64,000 bases of DNA from the NCBI GenBank assembly GCA_963772455.1, contig CAVYXJ010000007.1:256001-320000 (forward strand), in the 5' to 3' direction. The DNA is from Candidatus Bathyarchaeota archaeon (GTDB lineage: Archaea > Thermoproteota > Bathyarchaeia > Bathyarchaeales > Bathycorpusculaceae). Position numbers and translations under genes: made by a program. A model generated the notes under the pieces. The model made no database searches. It worked only from the letters and a program-made list of their open reading frames with translations, and was not told where the DNA came from. Below are positions 28,081 to 38,578 of this stretch, piece after piece; positions within the stretch are counted from its first letter, which is position 1, and each line of letters opens with the position of its first letter.

Positions 28081-29001
28081 TTAGAAGAGCTTTTCCCAAC
28101 TTGTTACGAAGTCGAGAACTTCTTGACCTTGCTTTCCGCCGTAGCTAACTAATCGTTCGCGAACATCTTTTTGAGCGATTGCTGCTTTTTGGAATTCTTG
28201 CATTTGAGCTGCTTTGTCGGTGAGGTATAGTAGTCCATCTACTCCTGCGCGTGCCATACGAACTGATACTGTTAAGAGTTCAGCTGGGGTTGGTGTTTCT
28301 TTTGGATCATCGCCGGGGCCGATAACGTAGAGTGCGATGTTGAGTGGGACGTCTTTGAATAGTTTTTTGAAGTTGCGTGTAAGTGTTTCGTTATACCATG
28401 GAGTTGCATAGTTTTTGTTGAACATGACAACGAGGAATTCGTCGGTTAATGGTGCGAGGTCGTCGAAGTTTACTCCGAAGCGTTCATAGTTTGTAACTGG
28501 GTCTGGAAGGACACCGATAACGAATTTTTTCTTTGCTCTGTTACGTACGCGGTCGCTTACTTGTGCCATGTATTCAGTGACTTCTTTTCGTCTCCATTCA
28601 TACCAGCTTAAGCCGCTTTTCTTCCATAGATCTTTGCAGCGTGGGCATGTGCAATGGCCGTGTTCTGCGAAGTGGATGCTGTTTAGCCAGATTCCTTGGC
28701 TTTTGCGTGCGACATCTTCGATGTAGTCTAGTTGTTCTGCGCGGTGTTCTGGTTGTGTTGCACAGAGGACTTCCCAGCGAACATTAAAATTGTCGTTGGT
28801 TCTCCATGCGGGGCCTAAATCGGATTGACTGATCCAGTCTGGGTGTATGCGGGCGGTTACGTTGTCTCCGAAAATTGCGATGTTGCTGTGCATGTCAGCC
28901 TTTGGTGGCATTCGTCTGCCTACTTCGGGTTTTACTCGGAAAAGGTCATAGTCGAAGCCTGGAACTTTCTTTGCTTCAAACATGTATGTGCCGAATTTCA
29001 T
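28081..29001 (-). CDS. Hypothetical TIM-barrel-like (glycoside hydrolase-like) protein with HCTCPRC motif
   Basis: 306-aa ORF with SD GGTAG, strongly biased codon use, Cys cluster. Confidence 0.6.
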   Translation of the reverse strand: MKFGTYMFEAKKVPGFDYDLFRVKPEVGRRMPPKADMHSNIAIFGDNVTARIHPDWISQSDLGPAWRTNDNFNVRWEVLCATQPEHRAEQLDYIEDVARKSQGIWLNSIHFAEHGHCTCPRCKDLWKKSGLSWYEWRRKEVTEYMAQVSDRVRNRAKKKFVIGVLPDPVTNYERFGVNFDDLAPLTDEFLVVMFNKNYATPWYNETLTRNFKKLFKDVPLNIALYVIGPGDDPKETPTPAELLTVSVRMARAGVDGLLYLTDKAAQMQEFQKAAIAQKDVRERLVSYGGKQGQEVLDFVTSWEKLF

Positions 29002-29283
29002 CTTGATTCTACCTTTTTAGACTCAAAACGTTCGGCGCGGTTATAAAGTTTTGCGTAATAAGTCAAAAATTGTTTGAAAACAGAAAAATGCAATTGAGAT
29101 GATTACCTATGATGGAAGACACAATGTAATTGGAAGTTTTTTTAAGCTGCATATTTCATTTATTTCTCAGGATCTATGTATGACGAAATGACTAAGTGAA
29201 TACTTCTAACTTTCAGTTTTTATCTGCACAAACTTTTTAGGGCATGGCTGCTTTCGCAACCTTGAGTAATTATCCAAACTAAG

Positions 29284-31905
29284 TTGGGTTTAGGTGCTGT
29301 CTTGAGTCAAGCGCATTCAAAAAATCCTCAGGAACTGATTCGTTCATTGGACGTTAACCCTGATAAGGGCTTAACAGATCAGAAGGCAGCAGAACGACTA
29401 AACCAATACGGGAAAAACAGTCTTGTAGAAGAAAAAGAAATCCATTTCTTAGCTATACTCCGTGAAGAAATTACAGAACCCATGATTCTTTTACTCATAG
29501 CTGTAGGAATTATCTATAGCATCCTTGGTAGTTTAACTGACGCATTAACAATCATTGTAATAATCATTATTCTTGTTTTGTCTGAAGTCTGGAACGAGTA
29601 CAGAGCTAAACGTTCCATTTCTGCCTTGAAGCAACTTGCACCGCCAACCACACTTGTACTTAGGAACGGTCAACTAATTGAGATTCAAACGGCTTTCTTG
29701 GTTCCAGGGGACATTCTACTTTTAAAAGTGGGACAAAGGATTTCAGCTGATTCTCGAATTCTTGAGAGCTTCGGCTTAGAAGTTGACGAGTCCTCGTTAA
29801 CTGGAGAGTCCTTCCCAGCAACCAAAGATGCCGCTTCAATGTTACCCGATGAAACCAGAATTGTAGATCAAACTAACATGCTTTTTGCAGGAACGGTAAT
29901 TACCCGAGGAAGAGCAAAAGCAATCGTAGTTGCAACGGGTTTACAGACTGAACTTGGAAGAGTCGCTGGTATCACCAAATCCGCAAAAGAACCCAAAACC
30001 TCTCTTCAACTTGCGATGAAACAGCTTTCCAAAACGCTTGTTTGGGTAGCCCTATTCTTCGCCATACTCATTCCTGTATTAAGTTATATTCGAGGTTTGC
30101 AGCCAAACCCCGCAGAAGCAGTTCTTTATGGGTTGTCTTTAGCATTCGTTGTCATTCCAGAAGAATTACCCATTATAATCACTATGGTTTTGGGTGTCGG
30201 CAGCTATGCCCTATCCCGCAAAGGAGCCATAGTGAAACGTTTACGCGCTGCAGAGACTCTTGGAACAGTCACAGTCATAGCCACAGACAAGACAGGCACA
30301 ATTACAGAAAACAAGATGCGAGTTGAGCATTTCTATTTTGATGGAGCAGTGCGCTCGATTGGTGAGTTTGGAGAAAATGAAAAAGCTGCCTTGAGAACTG
30401 CGCTTCTGGCAAGCGATGCCATTCGTGACATCAATACTTCTGTTTTGGGAAATCCAATGGCACAGGCAATCATGCAACTTCTTAAGCATGACAACATCGA
30501 TGTTAAAGCGCTTTCAAAAGATTGGATATTAAAAGACGAGTTAAGTTTTGACGTTAAACGAAAACTCGCTTCTTATGTTTACCAGTTTGGTAAATCTCAG
30601 ATTGCACTTTCCAGCGGTGCACCTGAGAAAATTCTAGAAAGTTCCGGTAAGATACTTCTCCGTGGGGAAGAGGTTCCGCTTAATGATACCATACGAGTGG
30701 AAGTCTTCAGCACCATTGCCCAGATGGCTCATGATGGCGAACGTCTTATGGCTTTTGGGTATCACCGATTGTCCGCTGATTCTGCAAAGGAAAGCATTGA
30801 AAAAGACATAGTTTTTGTCGGTATAATTGGCTTTATTGATCCGCCGCGTAGCGAAGTCAGGAGCGCCATTCGTGCTTGCCAAGAAGCAGGAATCAGAGTC
30901 ATAATGATAACAGGTGATCATCCTGAAACTGCTAAAGCAATAGCTAGTCAAGTAGGCATTAACAGCTCTAAAGTTTTAACGGGTCTTGAAATTGCCAAGA
31001 TGCCGGATGATGTTCTAAAAGAAATATTGAAGCAAATTTACGTGTTTGCTCGAGTAACTCCTGAAGATAAGCTGCGTCTTATCAAATTGCTTAAGGAGAA
31101 TGGCGAAGTTGTAGCAGTAACTGGTGATGGCATTAATGATGCTCCAGCTCTCAAAGAAGCTCATATCGGAATAGCAATGGGAATTCGCGGAACTGATGTA
31201 GCTAAAGAAGCAGCTAGTATGATACTTACTGATGATAACTTTGCCACGATTGAAACCGCGGTTAAGGAAGGTCGCAGATTATTTGGCAACCTACGCAAAG
31301 GAATTCGTTATTACCTTGCATGCAAAGTGGCACTAGTCTCTATCTTTCTTGTCCCAATCATCCTTGGGATTCCTTTGCCTTTTGCTCCAATACAAATTAT
31401 AGTTCTGGAACTTTTCATGGATTTAGCCGCCTCCGCAACCTTCGTTGCTGAACCCGAAGAAATTGGATCGATGAAAAGACCGCCAATAAACCCAAAAGAA
31501 AAATTCCTCAATAAAAAGATGCTAAGAACACTATTTTTAGGAGCTTTAGGACTATTCATAGCTGTCACAGCAACATACCTATTTTCTTGGTATACTACCT
31601 TTGACATAACCTATGCTAGAACCGTAGCATTCGCGACTTGGATGTTGGGACATATTTTCCTCGCATTAAACTTCCGCTCCGAACGCGAGTCAATAATTAA
31701 GGAAGGACTACTATCAAACAAAGTCATGCTTCTATGGGCACTGTTGGTTTCAGTGACTTTGATTGCTGGAACTTCGTTAGCTCCTATTCAAGTAGCACTG
31801 CAAATCACAAGCTTAAATCTTAGTGACTGGCCTTTGATAATCGTTGTTTCATTTGCAGCCACCTTTTGGATGGAACTTGAGAAAATACTAAAGAAAAGCA
31901 CCTAG
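29284..31905 (+). CDS. Cation-transporting P-type ATPase (type IIA-like)
   Basis: TGES, IPEELP, DKTGT, TGDH, GDGINDAP. Confidence 0.93.
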   Translation: MGLGAVLSQAHSKNPQELIRSLDVNPDKGLTDQKAAERLNQYGKNSLVEEKEIHFLAILREEITEPMILLLIAVGIIYSILGSLTDALTIIVIIIILVLSEVWNEYRAKRSISALKQLAPPTTLVLRNGQLIEIQTAFLVPGDILLLKVGQRISADSRILESFGLEVDESSLTGESFPATKDAASMLPDETRIVDQTNMLFAGTVITRGRAKAIVVATGLQTELGRVAGITKSAKEPKTSLQLAMKQLSKTLVWVALFFAILIPVLSYIRGLQPNPAEAVLYGLSLAFVVIPEELPIIITMVLGVGSYALSRKGAIVKRLRAAETLGTVTVIATDKTGTITENKMRVEHFYFDGAVRSIGEFGENEKAALRTALLASDAIRDINTSVLGNPMAQAIMQLLKHDNIDVKALSKDWILKDELSFDVKRKLASYVYQFGKSQIALSSGAPEKILESSGKILLRGEEVPLNDTIRVEVFSTIAQMAHDGERLMAFGYHRLSADSAKESIEKDIVFVGIIGFIDPPRSEVRSAIRACQEAGIRVIMITGDHPETAKAIASQVGINSSKVLTGLEIAKMPDDVLKEILKQIYVFARVTPEDKLRLIKLLKENGEVVAVTGDGINDAPALKEAHIGIAMGIRGTDVAKEAASMILTDDNFATIETAVKEGRRLFGNLRKGIRYYLACKVALVSIFLVPIILGIPLPFAPIQIIVLELFMDLAASATFVAEPEEIGSMKRPPINPKEKFLNKKMLRTLFLGALGLFIAVTATYLFSWYTTFDITYARTVAFATWMLGHIFLALNFRSERESIIKEGLLSNKVMLLWALLVSVTLIAGTSLAPIQVALQITSLNLSDWPLIIVVSFAATFWMELEKILKKST

Positions 31906-31953
31906 CTTTTTAACTCAAACAACATATCAGAGTGCAATGGGAGAGGTTGACTT

Positions 31954-32364
31954 ATGCCTATAAAATATTTTGAGGCTCCAGAAATCAAAAAACAGGTAGA
32001 CCAATTAGCTGAAGAATGCGAGTTCTTCCATGTAGTGCCTCAGTTCGTTTATTGTGTGCGAAGCAAAGGTTCCAAAGCACGACGTACCATCGCCCGAATA
32101 CATGGATTAGGAAAAATTTGGCAGGGTGTTATGAACCTTCCTCCATCTTACACTATTGAAGTAATTTCAGAGATTTTCGATCGGATGTCTGCGGAAGATA
32201 AAGAGAGAACTCTAATTCATGAACTCATGCACATTCCCGGTGGATTCTCAGGTGGTTTCCGCCCACACAAAGGCTATGTTGAAAGAAAAGACGTAGATCT
32301 CGTTTACAAGAAATTGCAGAACGATAGGGTAGCAAAAAAGCAAAAAACACTTTTTTTCCATTAA
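31954..32364 (+). CDS. Putative metallopeptidase
   Basis: HELMH zincin motif. Confidence 0.75.
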   Translation: MPIKYFEAPEIKKQVDQLAEECEFFHVVPQFVYCVRSKGSKARRTIARIHGLGKIWQGVMNLPPSYTIEVISEIFDRMSAEDKERTLIHELMHIPGGFSGGFRPHKGYVERKDVDLVYKKLQNDRVAKKQKTLFFH

Positions 32365-32503
32365 ATCCAAAGTTTTCAATGAGTGTTTTCAAGTTCGATT
32401 CTATATTTATGTAAAGTTACTTTTTTTCAGCAACGAAAGCTAAAAAAGGCATGCTTAAGCAATTAGTTGACAAAGAAGATAACTTTGCCTTAAACGGGGT
32501 TAA

Positions 32504-34141
32504 ATGATGAAACACGTTATGAAAAGTCTACAACATAACGGCATTTTCGTGCCACTTTACGATTACAAGGGCTTCAATGTTAAAATTCAAGGAAAAATGA
32601 TCAAACTAACCGAAAAAACCGAGCCAATGGCTGTAGCTTGGGAACGCAGAAACCTATCAACCACAATGGCTCCTCCAGACACCGTGTTTAAACGGAACTT
32701 TATGAAAGAATTTCTTGGCCGACTCAAACAAGAGAATCCAAAAGAAGCTTTCTTGGAATCGTTCACTTCAAAATACCTAAATAACGTGGATGATCCTTCG
32801 GTAAACCAAGAAATTGACTTTACTCAAATCAAAAATTTTATTCTTCAGGAAAAAGCTGCAAAAGAAGCTATAACAAAAGAAGTAAAAAAACACCAAGCAG
32901 AAGAACGTAAAGTCAAACGATTAGAATTTAAAGAAAAATATGGCTACGCGCAAGTTGATGGACAAAAATTGGAGCTAGCCAACTGGACTTCTGAACCATC
33001 CTGTCTCTTCGCTGGACGAGGTGACCATCCACAACGTGGAAAATGGAAAGATGGTCCAAAAGAAGAAGACATCATTCTTAATTTGCCACCTGAAGCGCCA
33101 AAGCCTGAGGGTAATTGGAAAGGATTAGTTTGGGAACCAAATAAGATGTACGTAGCTAAGTGGGAAGACAAACTAACTGGCAAAATTAAGTACGTTTGGT
33201 TCTCGGATACAGCATTCCTAAAACAGAACCGTGAAAAAGAAAAATTCCAAAAAGCCGAAATGCTGGGTAAACAAATCGGCGTAATCGAAAAGCACATACT
33301 CAAAAACTTAGACGATAAAGACATCACGAGGCGAAAAGTTGCGACTGTAGCTTGGCTTATTTTGGTTCCTAACATGAGGGTTGGTGACGAAAAAGACCCT
33401 GACGAAGCTGATACTGTAGGCGCTATAACTTTACGTAAAGAACACATCAAAATCATAGGTGACACGCTCCATTTTGACTTTTTAGGCAAAGACAGCGTTC
33501 GGTGGGTAAAAGAGTACAAAGCTCCACTTGAGGTAATAAAAAACATTGAGTACTTCAGCAAAATAAGCAAAGAATATTTATTCGAAGGCATTGACTCCAA
33601 GCACGTTAGCCGTTTTCTCTCTGAGAAAATGCCGAAATTAACAGCAAAAGTGTTTCGTACATGGCGTTGTACAAAAACCGTCAGGGAAGAGTTGGAGAAG
33701 AGTGGCGTAACCAAAGATGATCCAGATTACAAAAAACTTTTTGCCGCAAAAATGGCTAACTTCAAAGTCGCTGAAGTAGCAAACCATAAACGCAAAGTTC
33801 CGCCGACTTTTGACCAACGTGTAATGCAAAAAGAAGAGAACCTCAAAAGCCTTGAAGCTCAACTGAAAACAAAGAAAGCTCTGGGTAAAAAGATCGAGAC
33901 ACTTGAAACCCGAATAGAGAAATCAAAAATGGACATTCAATTAACAAAGCTTACAAAAGAATACAATTTGGGTACTTCACTTAAATCATACATTGACCCT
34001 ACAGTCTATGTTAAGTGGGCTAAAAAAGTCAAATTCGACGTTGAAAAATTCTATCCCCAAACCTTACGCAATAAATTCAATTGGGCACTGCAACAAAGCA
34101 AAACGCAATCATCTTGTAATTCAGAGTGCATTACTCCATGA
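32504..34141 (+). CDS. DNA topoisomerase IB (eukaryote-like)
   Basis: GRGDHP.RG, MRVGDEK, FLGKDS, AKVFRT, ANH, catalytic SYIDP. Confidence 0.93.
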   Translation: MMKHVMKSLQHNGIFVPLYDYKGFNVKIQGKMIKLTEKTEPMAVAWERRNLSTTMAPPDTVFKRNFMKEFLGRLKQENPKEAFLESFTSKYLNNVDDPSVNQEIDFTQIKNFILQEKAAKEAITKEVKKHQAEERKVKRLEFKEKYGYAQVDGQKLELANWTSEPSCLFAGRGDHPQRGKWKDGPKEEDIILNLPPEAPKPEGNWKGLVWEPNKMYVAKWEDKLTGKIKYVWFSDTAFLKQNREKEKFQKAEMLGKQIGVIEKHILKNLDDKDITRRKVATVAWLILVPNMRVGDEKDPDEADTVGAITLRKEHIKIIGDTLHFDFLGKDSVRWVKEYKAPLEVIKNIEYFSKISKEYLFEGIDSKHVSRFLSEKMPKLTAKVFRTWRCTKTVREELEKSGVTKDDPDYKKLFAAKMANFKVAEVANHKRKVPPTFDQRVMQKEENLKSLEAQLKTKKALGKKIETLETRIEKSKMDIQLTKLTKEYNLGTSLKSYIDPTVYVKWAKKVKFDVEKFYPQTLRNKFNWALQQSKTQSSCNSECITP

Positions 34142-34413
34142 GCATAAGGGAAACCAAAGACGGAGTTTCCATCTCAATTTTTGTAAAACCAAACTCACAA
34201 GAATTCAAAATAGAATTCGATAGCTCCGAAATTGTCGTTTTCTCTACCGAGGAACCAGTTAAAGGAAAAGTAAACAAAGAAATCATAAAAGAATTCACAA
34301 AGCGTTTGCATGCTAAAGTTGAGCTAACTTCAGGATTCACTTCTAAAGAAAAACAGCTTTTCATAAAAGGCATGAGAAAGCAAGAGATTGAACAGCTTCT
34401 AAAAATGATTTAA
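34138..34413 (+). CDS. DUF167 (YggU/UPF0235) protein
   Basis: VKPNS, P.KGK.N, G.TSKEK; ATGA overlap with topoisomerase IB. Confidence 0.82.
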   Translation: MSIRETKDGVSISIFVKPNSQEFKIEFDSSEIVVFSTEEPVKGKVNKEIIKEFTKRLHAKVELTSGFTSKEKQLFIKGMRKQEIEQLLKMI

Positions 34414-34597
34414 TGCTCATATATCTAAAAACGAAATACACCTTATATTCTCAGAATGTAAATTAGATATTCAATAACAAAAAAGAGAGAGGGACTAACC
34501 CCTCACCTTACCCCAATTCTCCTTAAACTATTTTTGCAAGTATGATTCTAAATTCTTGATATAATTTTGAAAATCTGTAAAGTCAACTTTCAGATGC

Positions 34598-35866
34598 TCA
34601 GCTTTGTTGTTTGAATCTAAGGATTGCTGCGATGCCGCCGAAAGCGTTCTTGAGCATTTGTCCTTCTTCAGTTTCGCCAGAAATAACCTCAACATCGGTA
34701 TTTGCAAGTTCTGCAAGTTCAGCAATCTCGTCGACAACGTCTTTTTTGTCAACTATTGTGAACGACGGTGCTTTACAAGCTGCACACGGTTTACCAATTA
34801 AACTCTTCTCGAAGTCAGCTACTTCCTTACCCTTAACAGTGTGCTGTTCCTCGTAGCCGCAGGCTCCACATTTAATGGTAACTCGGACCAAATCCAATTC
34901 CTCAGACAACAACACCGTCCGAACTGCTCCATTTTGAAGCAAACGCCGTACTTCACCTTCTCCATAAGTTATCATGCCAGTGTCGTGACCTACTTCATAT
35001 AGGAATTTTTGCATAACTTCTTTTTCTTCTATATAACGGACTTTACGCATGATTTCAGGCGCTTTGTCAACTATTTCTTTAACGCCTTGTTCCTCTACGT
35101 ATGCAGTATCGATAACATCAAGAATTTTGTTTTTCAATTGATAGTTCAGGTAGTCGCCTTTTTCAAAATCGTATTTTGTTGGTCCTGGTCCACCGAGAAT
35201 AATACCTTTTAAATTTTCAATCGGCAAAAAAGTATCGTTAGCATGTGCCCCTACACGTGTGAAATACTCGTTGAGCTGCATATCCCTTAGCCGTTCATAT
35301 CTTCTTGCTGATTGTCCACCAGCTTTAGTTTTGCCTGCTACACCTGAATGCATCTGTCTTATAATCTGCAAACGTTTCCCCTGCAACGTAGCTATAGTTG
35401 CATTGCTAGCGTCTACGAGCAAAATGCCGTAAGCTTCTTTTTCCCGAAGCATATCCTGTAGATATTCTGTGTGGAAACGTGAATCGCAACGGTATAGGAA
35501 AATTTTGATGGGGTCAGGCGGAACGATAACATAAGCTTCCATTCGCTCAGTTCCTGGAGCATCACCTTCTCCAAGAAGAGCACCAGTAAAAATGACAATC
35601 CCTTTTTCACCGGGATCTTTGAATAGCTTGAGTTTCTGCTGTGCTTTAGTGATAGCGTCAAGAACATTCTTCCGTGTTACGTTTGATTTAATGTTGCTAG
35701 CGGTTCCATATTCGTTGCGAAGAAGGTTTAAGGCATCACTGATTTGTTTGCCAGGTGGAACGTATACAGTGATAAGTTCTGTGTGACTGCCCTCTTTGTT
35801 AGCTAGGGAATTGAGTGTTTTTCTTAGTCTAAACAGTTCAAGAGAGCTTTTTTTTGCTGTACTCAA
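34598..35866 (-). CDS. prf1: Peptide chain release factor aRF1
   Basis: NIKS, YRCD, GGQS motifs. Confidence 0.96.
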   Translation of the reverse strand: MSTAKKSSLELFRLRKTLNSLANKEGSHTELITVYVPPGKQISDALNLLRNEYGTASNIKSNVTRKNVLDAITKAQQKLKLFKDPGEKGIVIFTGALLGEGDAPGTERMEAYVIVPPDPIKIFLYRCDSRFHTEYLQDMLREKEAYGILLVDASNATIATLQGKRLQIIRQMHSGVAGKTKAGGQSARRYERLRDMQLNEYFTRVGAHANDTFLPIENLKGIILGGPGPTKYDFEKGDYLNYQLKNKILDVIDTAYVEEQGVKEIVDKAPEIMRKVRYIEEKEVMQKFLYEVGHDTGMITYGEGEVRRLLQNGAVRTVLLSEELDLVRVTIKCGACGYEEQHTVKGKEVADFEKSLIGKPCAACKAPSFTIVDKKDVVDEIAELAELANTDVEVISGETEEGQMLKNAFGGIAAILRFKQQS

Positions 35867-35948
35867 ATAACTTCACTATTTGTTGGGTAATCAGCATAAC
35901 TTACGTTATAAGCAATCAAATAAAAGTTCCGACGTAAAAAATAAAACC

Positions 35949-36962
35949 TTAGGCTTTTGGCTTAGCTACCGGCTCTGTTGCTGCCTCTGGAGCTGGGGCA
36001 CCAATGGCGTCTCTGAGAAAAGCCTTGAAGGGTCCTAACTTTCCTCCATAGTTGCCTGATGAAATCTTCACAACACCGGGAACCCCGATAGCTGCTATAA
36101 CACCCGCTTTTATGCCTTTTTTTACTGCATCTAAAGTTAAGCCGTTTATTACAATTTCATAAACGCTCTCGACACCTTCTGGAACAACGCTGTCAGGTAC
36201 AATTGTTCTAAGAGTTGGGCAGTAAGGATGGTTTGTTGAAGCCTTCAATTTGTATTTGAGTGAACCAGCTTTGCTCCCTGCACGACAAACTCCCCCTGGA
36301 AAAATCATAATAACATCAGGTGCATTTGCGCGAATTGCTTCTACTGCAGCTTCTGAGGCTTTCAGGCCTTCTTGCTGAGTTTTAGCAAAAATCATAAAGT
36401 TGCCACCTGCAACCGCTTCCATTGCACCAAAGCCATCTTCAACGATGAAATTGCCTTCCATAACTGGGATTTTCCAACATTTTCTCCCGCCCACCATAGC
36501 TTTTTTCTGGAAGCCATCACCGAAGTATCGCAGGCTGCTTCCAACGGTTAAGACGCGTTTTCCAGTTAACCCATTAAATGCTGCAGTTGTAGGACAAGTC
36601 ATGGTGCATTGACCTATGCGTTCCATAAGCTGGTGTTTAAGTTCAAAGCGATCACGATTATAAATTTGAATAAGTACTCCAGGACGTTTGTCAGGTGTCT
36701 GATCTGCTGGAACCGCTCGTTCAATGGATGCCTCAGCAGAAGCAGCAATTACGCTTGTGGCAAAACCTGTTGTTAAACTTGCGGCGATTTGAGCCCATTT
36801 TTCGTTTTGAGCGGTAATTAAAACTCTTCCTGCCCAAAGTGCAAACATTTCTGCAAAAGTATCTTGAACCTTAACTATGCTTCCTGAAGGTGATTTTACA
36901 AGAAACATTTTTTCGCTTTCATCGTATCCTTCGATTTGAACATGAGTAATGTTTGATGACAT
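35949..36962 (-). CDS. ftr: Formylmethanofuran:tetrahydromethanopterin N-formyltransferase
   Basis: DTFAEMF, TGFATS, TPDKRPG, GQCTMTCPT, PVMEG, ASTNHPYCPTL, GNYGGKLG. Confidence 0.92.
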   Translation of the reverse strand: MSSNITHVQIEGYDESEKMFLVKSPSGSIVKVQDTFAEMFALWAGRVLITAQNEKWAQIAASLTTGFATSVIAASAEASIERAVPADQTPDKRPGVLIQIYNRDRFELKHQLMERIGQCTMTCPTTAAFNGLTGKRVLTVGSSLRYFGDGFQKKAMVGGRKCWKIPVMEGNFIVEDGFGAMEAVAGGNFMIFAKTQQEGLKASEAAVEAIRANAPDVIMIFPGGVCRAGSKAGSLKYKLKASTNHPYCPTLRTIVPDSVVPEGVESVYEIVINGLTLDAVKKGIKAGVIAAIGVPGVVKISSGNYGGKLGPFKAFLRDAIGAPAPEAATEPVAKPKA

Positions 36963-37106
36963 TAATGGGACCTTGCCAATTCTGTTGGGAATTGTATAAT
37001 TTAAGAGTTTTCATGGTTTTGTTGGTTTCAACTTGCTGGTTTTTGAGTAATTTCGGGAGATTTGTTGACTAAGAACATTTTGCCTGCAAGAAATCGCTTT
37101 AAAGAA

Positions 37107-37481
37107 TCAAGGTTTATTGCAAGATTTCGGCTTTATGACCAAGGTTGATTTATCGGTTGTTGCCAATTCGTAGACCAACGAGTTTTTTATAGCTTTTTTT
37201 GGACAAGTTTCAGCGCATTGATAGCAAAAGACGCATTTGGAAAGGTTTAGTTGAGGGCGACGTTTTCCGTCAACTTGGACCATCTCTATTGCTTTCGCCG
37301 GACAATCTCTGCCACATAAACCGCAACCTATGCATGAATCAAAATCAAATATTGGTTGTCCACGATAATTTTTCGATAAGGTGGGTTTCGCATAAGGATA
37401 TTTGTCGGATGCGGGTGGTTTAGTGAATACTTGCTCCAGTGCCTTTTTCGCCATTGAAGGTAGATGTAGCTTTTTCGCCAA
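37107..37481 (-). CDS. NuoI/EchF-like 2x[4Fe-4S] protein (orphan)
   Basis: YP...YRG, CIGCGLCGRDCP, CVFCYQCAETCP; TTG start after GGTGG. Confidence 0.8.
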   Translation of the reverse strand: MAKKLHLPSMAKKALEQVFTKPPASDKYPYAKPTLSKNYRGQPIFDFDSCIGCGLCGRDCPAKAIEMVQVDGKRRPQLNLSKCVFCYQCAETCPKKAIKNSLVYELATTDKSTLVIKPKSCNKP

Positions 37482-37753
37482 TTTTAACCACCAATAATAT
37501 TTTAATTGAGTGACCCCAAGAATCTTTGCGGGAAAACAGTCACTGCACATACTAACCATTATGTTCTTATATTAATCCCTTGAAGACCACATTTTTTTTA
37601 GCTACCCTCTACAGGATCTTTTCAAGTTTGGATATTATGATCCAACTTGAGTAATATTTGTAGAATTAATTTATTCATTGAAAAGTTTTCCTTAATTAAG
37701 ACTGTATAGTCTTTATCAACTTGACGTGTAATATAGAAAATGAAGGTTAATCA

Positions 37754-38578
37754 ATGAAAGACCCAGTTGACTGGCAACAAATCCTGCTTGAATGCAAAAC
37801 CAATATCCAAACCAGCATCAAACCATGCCTAAAAACTCTCAAGGGACCTCAACCCAATTTGGGTGTAGGTGCAGGCGGAGATATGATGAAGCCAGTGGAT
37901 TTAGCTGCTGAAACAGCCATAGTCGACACCATGCTACAGCATAAGGTTTCTTTTACTCTTATCAGTGAGGAATCTGGTATCAAAGAATTTGGAGCTACTC
38001 CAGAAAAATGTTATCTGTGTGTTGACCCAATAGATGGCACAACCAACTTGACTCATGGTTTGTCATTTTACGCTTCATCCCTTGCTGTTTCAGATAAACC
38101 TAAACTCACCAATGTTTACGCTGGAATGGTTGTTGACCTCGTCCACGATGAAACCTACATAGCGCTTAAAGACAAAGGTGCATACCGCAACGGCGAACGA
38201 ATTTATACCTCAAAAATCCAGTCACTCAACGAAGCAGTAATAGGCATGGATTTGAATGCCTACAAAGCTAAATTGAACATGAAGACCACAGCCGCATTAA
38301 TCGAAAACATAAGACACACACGACACTTTGGCGCCAACGCCCTCGAAGTCTGCCTAGTTGCCGCTGGATTAACTGATGCCTTTATAGATTTGAGGAATAA
38401 AATTCGCACAACCGACGTCGCTGCAGGATTCCTCATAGTTAAAGAAGCAGGCGGAACCGTAACCGACCAAAAAAACAAACCAATAAATGTAAAGTTGGAT
38501 CCAAAACAAACTTTGAGTTTCGTTGCTTCAGCCAATTCGGATATTCACCAAAAAATTCTCAACCTGGTTAAACCCTAA
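37754..38578 (+). CDS. Inositol monophosphatase / FBPase (bifunctional family)
   Basis: SEESG, DPIDGTTN, DVAAG...EAGG. Confidence 0.9.
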   Translation: MKDPVDWQQILLECKTNIQTSIKPCLKTLKGPQPNLGVGAGGDMMKPVDLAAETAIVDTMLQHKVSFTLISEESGIKEFGATPEKCYLCVDPIDGTTNLTHGLSFYASSLAVSDKPKLTNVYAGMVVDLVHDETYIALKDKGAYRNGERIYTSKIQSLNEAVIGMDLNAYKAKLNMKTTAALIENIRHTRHFGANALEVCLVAAGLTDAFIDLRNKIRTTDVAAGFLIVKEAGGTVTDQKNKPINVKLDPKQTLSFVASANSDIHQKILNLVKP

